From positions 2,528,001 to 2,592,000 of the forward strand of contig OZ244960.1 of the NCBI GenBank assembly GCA_965222605.1: a stretch of DNA of 64,000 bases. The letters are read 5' to 3'. Shown here in pieces: positions 58,592 to 64,000 of the stretch. The notes under the pieces are model-generated. The model did no database searches, was not told the origin of the DNA, and worked only from the letters and a program-made list of their open reading frames with translations. Made by a program: the position numbers and the translations under genes. Every line of letters starts with the position of its first letter. The stretch's first letter is position 1. Source of the stretch: Candidatus Latescibacterota bacterium. GTDB taxonomy: Bacteria > Latescibacterota > UBA2968.

Positions 58592-61265
58592 CCTTCAAAA
58601 AATTCCGCAACACCGTATGCAAAATCCCGCCATTGCGATAATAATCGATCTCTACCGGCGTATCGATACGCACCGTCGCAGAAAACGACCTCACATTCCC
58701 ATCCTCATCCGTCGCCGTCACCGTCACATCTTGCAAAGGCTGCAAATCATCGCTCAGACCGGTAATATCATATACCTCCTTACCGCTCAGACCCAACGAC
58801 TCGGCATTCTCTCCATCCACAAACTCCAAAGGCAACACCCCCATACCCACCAGATTGCTGCGGTGAATGCGTTCAAAACTCTCCACAAGCACTGCGCGCA
58901 CACCCAGAAGTAACGGACCTTTTGCCGCCCAATCGCGCGACGACCCCGAACCGTACTCCACGCCCGCAATCACAATCGACGGCACACCCTCATCCACATA
59001 CCGCATCGCCGCATCGTAAATACTCTGAAGCTCACCCGAAGGCAGATGCACCGTCACACCGCCCTCTGTCCCTGGCGCGAGCAAATTGCGAATGCGAATA
59101 TTCGCAAAAGTCCCCCGCATCAGCACCTCGTGACTGCCCCGCCGCGAACCATAAGAATTGAAATCTTTCGGCTCAACCCCTCGAGAAATCAAATACTGCC
59201 CCGCCGGACTATCCACCGCAATCGAACCCGCCGGAGAAATATGATCCGTCGTCACCGAATCGCCCAACTTCGCCAGCACCCGCGCACCTGTAATATCCGA
59301 AATCGCGTCTAACTCAGGCGACAAATCCACAAAAAACGGAGGCTCCTGCACATAAGTACTCTCCGCCTGCCACGCATAGAGATCTCCCTCTTGCCCGCCA
59401 ACCGCATTCCACATCTCATTGCCTTCAAACACATTGCCATAACGCGCTTCAAACATATCCGGCTTGAGCGTCTGTGCAACCGTATCGACAATCTCATCCT
59501 GACTCGGCCAAATATCGCTCAAAAAAACCGCAATGCCATCCCCATCCACCCCCAGCGGCTCCGCAGTCAAATCCAAATCCACACGCCCCGCCAGCGCATA
59601 AGCCACAACCAGCGGCGGCGAAGCCAGATAATTCGCCTTCACATGCGGATGCACGCGACCTTCAAAATTGCGATTGCCACTCAACACCGACGCCGCCACC
59701 AAATCGCCCTCGTTAATCGCGGCAACCACCGGATCGGGCAACGGCCCGCTATTGCCAATACACGTCGTACAGCCATAACCCACCGTGTGAAAACCGAGCG
59801 CCTCCAAATACGGCGTCAAACCCGCCTCATCGAGATAATCCGACACCACGCGCGATCCGGGAGCGAGACTCGTCTTGACATGTGCGTGAACGCTCAACCC
59901 CTTTTCCACCGCCTTCTTCGCCAACAAACCAGCAGCCACCATCACAGAAGGATTGCTCGTATTGGTACAACTCGTAATCGCCGCAATCACCACCGCCCCG
60001 TGCCCGAGCACGCCATTCATCCTCTTTTGAACCTCATCATCATCCAGCCCAAAACCACTATTGCCCACCGGTGCGCGCAACGCGCCTTCAAACGCACCCT
60101 TCATTTGCCCCAGCGCAATGCGATCCTGCGGGCGTTTTGGACCCGCCAAACTCGGCTCCACCGTACTCAAATCCAGCGCAAGCGTATCTGTAAACCGCGG
60201 CTGGGGTGTATCATCTGTTCGGAACAAACCCTGTTCCTTCGTGTAGCGCTCAACCACATCCACCTCTTCCGCCGTGCGTCCAGTACGCGCCAAATAACGC
60301 AACGTCTCATCATCCACCGGGAAAAACCCCATCGTCGCCCCATATTCCGGCGCCATATTTGCAATCGTCGCGCGATCCGCCAGCCCAATACCCGTCAATC
60401 CCGTGCCGTAAAACTCGACAAACTTATCTACCACGCCCTTCTCGCGCAACATCTGAACCACCGTCAACGTCAAATCCGTCGCCGTCGTACCCTCGGGCAA
60501 TTGCCCATCCAATTTGAACCCGACAACCTCGGGCGTCAGCATATAAATCGGCTGCCCCAGCATCACCGCCTCTCCCTCAATACCCCCCACACCCCAACCC
60601 ACCACACCCAGGCCATTGATCATCGTCGTATGTGAATCTGCCCCCACCAGACTATCGGGAAAAGCCACGCCATCGCGGGCAATAACCCCCTTCGCCAAAT
60701 ACTCGAGATTGACCTGATGCACAATACCCGTCATCGGCGGCACCACCCTGAAACTCTCAAACGCATTGGCACCCCAGCGCAAAAACTCGTAGCGCTCACG
60801 ATTGCGCTCAAACTCGATCTCTCCATTTCTCCGCAACGCATCCGAATTTGCAAAACTATCGACCTGCACCGAATGATCCACAACCAGATCCACCGGAATC
60901 AACGGCTCAACCCGATCTGGATCACCTCCCATACGCCCCATTGCCGAACGCAACGCCGCCAAATCCACCAGCGAAGGCACACCCGTAAAATCTTGCAACA
61001 CCACCCGCGCGGGCTTAAACGGTATCTCTATGGGATTGGGATCAGCCGCATTCCAATTCGCCAGCGTCCCGACATCTTCTTCGCGCACCTGATACCCATC
61101 CAGATTTCGCAGCGCCGCCTCGAGCAACACGCGCACAGAAAACGGCAAACTCGACACAGACCCAACACCATCCACCTCCAGCCTATCCAGCCGAAAAATT
61201 GCGAGATCACCCGCCATTGTAGAAAGTGTATCGCGCGTATTCAAAGGATTATGCGTATTACTCAT
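58584..61265 (-). CDS. acnA: Aconitate hydratase A
   Basis: [32 protein letters not shown] and SGNRNFEGR. Confidence 0.97.
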   Translation of the reverse strand: MSNTHNPLNTRDTLSTMAGDLAIFRLDRLEVDGVGSVSSLPFSVRVLLEAALRNLDGYQVREEDVGTLANWNAADPNPIEIPFKPARVVLQDFTGVPSLVDLAALRSAMGRMGGDPDRVEPLIPVDLVVDHSVQVDSFANSDALRRNGEIEFERNRERYEFLRWGANAFESFRVVPPMTGIVHQVNLEYLAKGVIARDGVAFPDSLVGADSHTTMINGLGVVGWGVGGIEGEAVMLGQPIYMLTPEVVGFKLDGQLPEGTTATDLTLTVVQMLREKGVVDKFVEFYGTGLTGIGLADRATIANMAPEYGATMGFFPVDDETLRYLARTGRTAEEVDVVERYTKEQGLFRTDDTPQPRFTDTLALDLSTVEPSLAGPKRPQDRIALGQMKGAFEGALRAPVGNSGFGLDDDEVQKRMNGVLGHGAVVIAAITSCTNTSNPSVMVAAGLLAKKAVEKGLSVHAHVKTSLAPGSRVVSDYLDEAGLTPYLEALGFHTVGYGCTTCIGNSGPLPDPVVAAINEGDLVAASVLSGNRNFEGRVHPHVKANYLASPPLVVAYALAGRVDLDLTAEPLGVDGDGIAVFLSDIWPSQDEIVDTVAQTLKPDMFEARYGNVFEGNEMWNAVGGQEGDLYAWQAESTYVQEPPFFVDLSPELDAISDITGARVLAKLGDSVTTDHISPAGSIAVDSPAGQYLISRGVEPKDFNSYGSRRGSHEVLMRGTFANIRIRNLLAPGTEGGVTVHLPSGELQSIYDAAMRYVDEGVPSIVIAGVEYGSGSSRDWAAKGPLLLGVRAVLVESFERIHRSNLVGMGVLPLEFVDGENAESLGLSGKEVYDITGLSDDLQPLQDVTVTATDEDGNVRSFSATVRIDTPVEIDYYRNGGILHTVLRNFLKDD

Positions 61266-61289
61266 AAACAAGTCCTTCTCTAAAAGGTT

Positions 61290-61520
61290 TTAAGCTACTT
61301 TCTCAGGAAAATGGTACAAAGGTACTGAATGGACAGGAGTACCTGTTGCGACGCGCTCAATCTCACGGGCAGTCTCTTCGGTAATGATCCTGTCGCCACA
61401 CACATCGCAAACCAGTGCCGGAACACCTTCGATTACGACCACCTGGCCGTCGCGGCGAGAACTAAACACGACGTGTTTGTTCAGGTATTGACCCTCATGA
61501 CAGAGCGTACATTTGTTCAT
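61290..61520 (-). CDS. YgiT/MqsA-type zinc finger protein (orphan antitoxin)
   Basis: CxxC...VPA.VCxxCG. Confidence 0.82.
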   Translation of the reverse strand: MNKCTLCHEGQYLNKHVVFSSRRDGQVVVIEGVPALVCDVCGDRIITEETAREIERVATGTPVHSVPLYHFPEKVA

Positions 61521-61709
61521 TCTTCACCTCTCTTACCCCGCGTAACAGGTGTAGTCCAGAGGTAAAAAATACCACAATAATTCATATTTTCAAACTCTTT
61601 TTGTACGCTATTGCATGGGATTCGCACTTGATTATTACAAGGAGAACGTATACTTTCTATCGCTGAAGTAGACCAAGAGCCTTTTTTGGACAACAGAGAA
61701 AAATCGAAA

Positions 61710-63281
61710 ATGAACAACCAATTCGAAAAAAATTTTGCTTTGGCAAAAAGGCATGAGAATCAACTCATTGCCTGTCTTGAAGATTATTTTGGCAGTTCGT
61801 TTTCCCCTGCGGAACTCGGTGAGGATAAATATAGAAAGATCGATTTCTTCTCTAATTGCCGCCAAAAGATTCCCGTTGGTGCTCGCGTGTGCCGGCATAC
61901 AGCATGGGAGTATCGGTCTCAAGTCACCATTAGCGATAATAAGAGCATACACAAGTCCGAACACGATGAATGGATGGTTGCAGGTAAAGGACCGGACTAT
62001 TTCATCTATGGTCATATTGCCCCTGACGGAGAAGATCTCCAAATGGTTGTTCTGGTCAGTCTTGCCATGCTACGTACGAAAAAAGGAAAACGCATAAACT
62101 CATATAACTTTTTCGCTTATCCAATCACCGATCCAGGAGTCGTGCTCTGCTGTTGGTACAGTCCCGCAGTGCGCGACGATCCGATCATCAACATATTGTC
62201 AGGCCCCAAAAAACCATTTCAACCTTTAACTCCACTGCGTCCAAATAGAGAGCCTACCTATTCGACATCTGAAAAACACCGGATATCGCCTCCAATCCCT
62301 TCTCAGATATTGGAAGAATCCCCTCCAATATCCTACGCGAGATACAGAAGGAGATCGCGACGCTATCAATGGCATATTGCCATTGTCACAGTATTACTTC
62401 TATCGGGCGTTGTTTTCGGCATTTATTCTAATCGCGGCATGGCACAGATCGAGATAGAGGCGAAAAAACGCACCAATTCTCACCAACCAAATCTGATCGT
62501 GCCTGTGGACGCAATGGCACAGAGCAAGCCCGAACAAAAACAGATCGAGATAGAGACAAGAAAACAGACCGAATCTTCCGAACCAAATTTGATTACGCCT
62601 GAAGATGCAATGACTTATCTCGATCAAACAGGTACCGTCTGTGGCGAAGTTGCAAGTTCCAAATACGCTGTGCAAAGCAAAGGGCGGCCCACGTACCTAA
62701 ACATTGGTAAACCCTATCCAAATCATATTTTTACTGCTGTTATATGGGATACGCATCGCGCTCAATTTGGCGCACCTGAACAGAGATACAAAGGAAAATG
62801 GGTTTGTGTGACGGGAAGAATCACCGCGTATCAAGGCGCGGCACAAATAGAAGTGCAGGAAAGGGAATACCTCAGTGAAGTTGATGGGCCAACTTTCAAA
62901 TACCTCAATTCCCTAGGACCAAATTTGATTGCGCCCGAGGATGCAATGGCTTATCTCGACCAAACAGGTACTGTCTGTGGCGAAGTTGCAAGCTCCAAAT
63001 ACGCTGTGCAAAGCAACGGACGCCCCACATTCTTAAACATCGGCAAACCCTATCCAAATCATCTCTTTACTGTTGTAATACCTGACGAGTATCGCGCCCA
63101 ATTTGGCGCACCTGAACAGAGATACAAAGGAAAATGGATTTGCATGACGGGGAAAATCACCGCGTATCAAGGCGTACCTCAAATAGAAGTAAAGGAGATA
63201 GAATATCTCAGTGAAGTTGATGAGCCGACTTTCAAATACGTCAAAAAATTTCTCTCGGGACCTGGAGTACGCCAAGAGTAG
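61710..63281 (+). CDS. Single-pass membrane protein with nuclease-like N-terminus and two tandem OB-fold repeats
   Basis: TM segment WHIAIVTVLLLSGVVFGIY; two ~107 aa repeats (VCG.V...PT.LN.GKPYPN..FT.VI...VTG.I..Y.G..QI). Confidence 0.75.
   Translation: MNNQFEKNFALAKRHENQLIACLEDYFGSSFSPAELGEDKYRKIDFFSNCRQKIPVGARVCRHTAWEYRSQVTISDNKSIHKSEHDEWMVAGKGPDYFIYGHIAPDGEDLQMVVLVSLAMLRTKKGKRINSYNFFAYPITDPGVVLCCWYSPAVRDDPIINILSGPKKPFQPLTPLRPNREPTYSTSEKHRISPPIPSQILEESPPISYARYRRRSRRYQWHIAIVTVLLLSGVVFGIYSNRGMAQIEIEAKKRTNSHQPNLIVPVDAMAQSKPEQKQIEIETRKQTESSEPNLITPEDAMTYLDQTGTVCGEVASSKYAVQSKGRPTYLNIGKPYPNHIFTAVIWDTHRAQFGAPEQRYKGKWVCVTGRITAYQGAAQIEVQEREYLSEVDGPTFKYLNSLGPNLIAPEDAMAYLDQTGTVCGEVASSKYAVQSNGRPTFLNIGKPYPNHLFTVVIPDEYRAQFGAPEQRYKGKWICMTGKITAYQGVPQIEVKEIEYLSEVDEPTFKYVKKFLSGPGVRQE
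62580..63239 (+). repeat. Intragenic tandem duplication (339 bp period)
   Basis: ACCAAATTTGATT.CGCC.GA.GATGCAATG at ~62582 and ~62918-62921. Confidence 0.85.
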
Positions 63282-63325
63282 ATTACTCCCCATACGGGGT
63301 CGTATCCTAACCACTATCCACTACT

Positions 63326-64000
63326 ATGTCAAACCAACGCTTTATCGCACTCATCATCCTCGACGGCTGGGGGTTAAACCCACGCCGTGACCACAACGCC
63401 GTGGCCCTTGCCAGCACCCCAACAATGGACCGCCTCCTGACAACTTATGCCCACACCACCCTCAACACCTCGGGAAGCGCAGTCGGTCTTCCCGACGGGC
63501 TGATGGGCAACTCCGAAGTCGGGCATCTCAACCTGGGCGCGGGACGCACCGTCATGCAAGCCATGACCCAGATAGACGGCCGCGTACGGGACGGCAGCCT
63601 GTTCAAAAATGAAGCCCTGATAACCGCCATAGACCGCATCAAAAACCACAACCGCAACCTCCACCTCATCGGCCTCGTCTCCGACGGCGGCGTACACACC
63701 TGGCCCAGTCACTACGAAGGCCTGATCAAAATGGCAGCCGCGCGCGGCCTCCCGTCAGACCGCCTCTTCATCCACGCCTTTACCGATGGGCGCGACACAC
63801 CGCCCCAAAGCGGCCTGGCCCGCATGCGCGAATTGCTCGCCATGCTCAAAACCCATGGCATTGGTCGCGTCGCATCCATATCCGGGCGGTATTACGCTAT
63901 GGACCGCGACCACCGTTGGGAACGCACCCAAATGGCCTACGACCTGCTCACACAGGGCAAAGGCATCGCAGAAACCGACCCCATCACAGCCATACAAAAC
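63326..64000 (+). CDS. gpmI: 2,3-bisphosphoglycerate-independent phosphoglycerate mutase, partial
   Basis: Manual translation: LIILDGWG, VGLPDGLMGNSEVGH, SDGGVH, DGRD and GRYYAMDRD. Confidence 0.95.
   Translation, partial: MSNQRFIALIILDGWGLNPRRDHNAVALASTPTMDRLLTTYAHTTLNTSGSAVGLPDGLMGNSEVGHLNLGAGRTVMQAMTQIDGRVRDGSLFKNEALITAIDRIKNHNRNLHLIGLVSDGGVHTWPSHYEGLIKMAAARGLPSDRLFIHAFTDGRDTPPQSGLARMRELLAMLKTHGIGRVASISGRYYAMDRDHRWERTQMAYDLLTQGKGIAETDPITAIQN

Overview
Bacterial chromosomal window with no rRNA, tRNA or CRISPR array that I can see. The left ~27 kb is mostly housekeeping: a partial GH33 sialidase, pyrD, rlpA, a glnA-hemE-hemH-hemY-ABC transporter run, a sigma54-dependent two-component system with a PTS-EIIA gene and a short sigma70 gene, glnD, rho, rpmE, prfA, prmC, a polyprenyl synthase and secDF. 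The right ~37 kb is accessory and eroding. It holds eight PhyH-like Fe(II)/2-oxoglutarate oxygenases, two secreted enzymes with the same C-terminal EF-hand/dockerin-like tail, several TA modules and orphan antitoxins, a decayed restriction/defence island, a tandem queF pair, cysC, acnA and a partial gpmI. The PhyH expansion, dockerin-like tails and TA load resemble marine or sponge-associated FCB-group/Latescibacterota/Gemmatimonadota-type genomes (inference only). Best leads: (1) five PhyH-like enzymes whose HxD iron motif is HxG, HxA or HxN, as in radical halogenases, four of them in tandem next to a heme-c/copper monooxygenase module; (2) a translationally coupled QueF pair in which one copy lacks the catalytic Cys/Asp; (3) a complete sigma54 promoter with IHF-like site and tandem enhancer sites in front of a sigma70 gene; (4) a membrane-spanning protein with a nuclease-like N-terminus and two tandem OB folds. 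All product calls come from motif recognition by eye; no database search was run.
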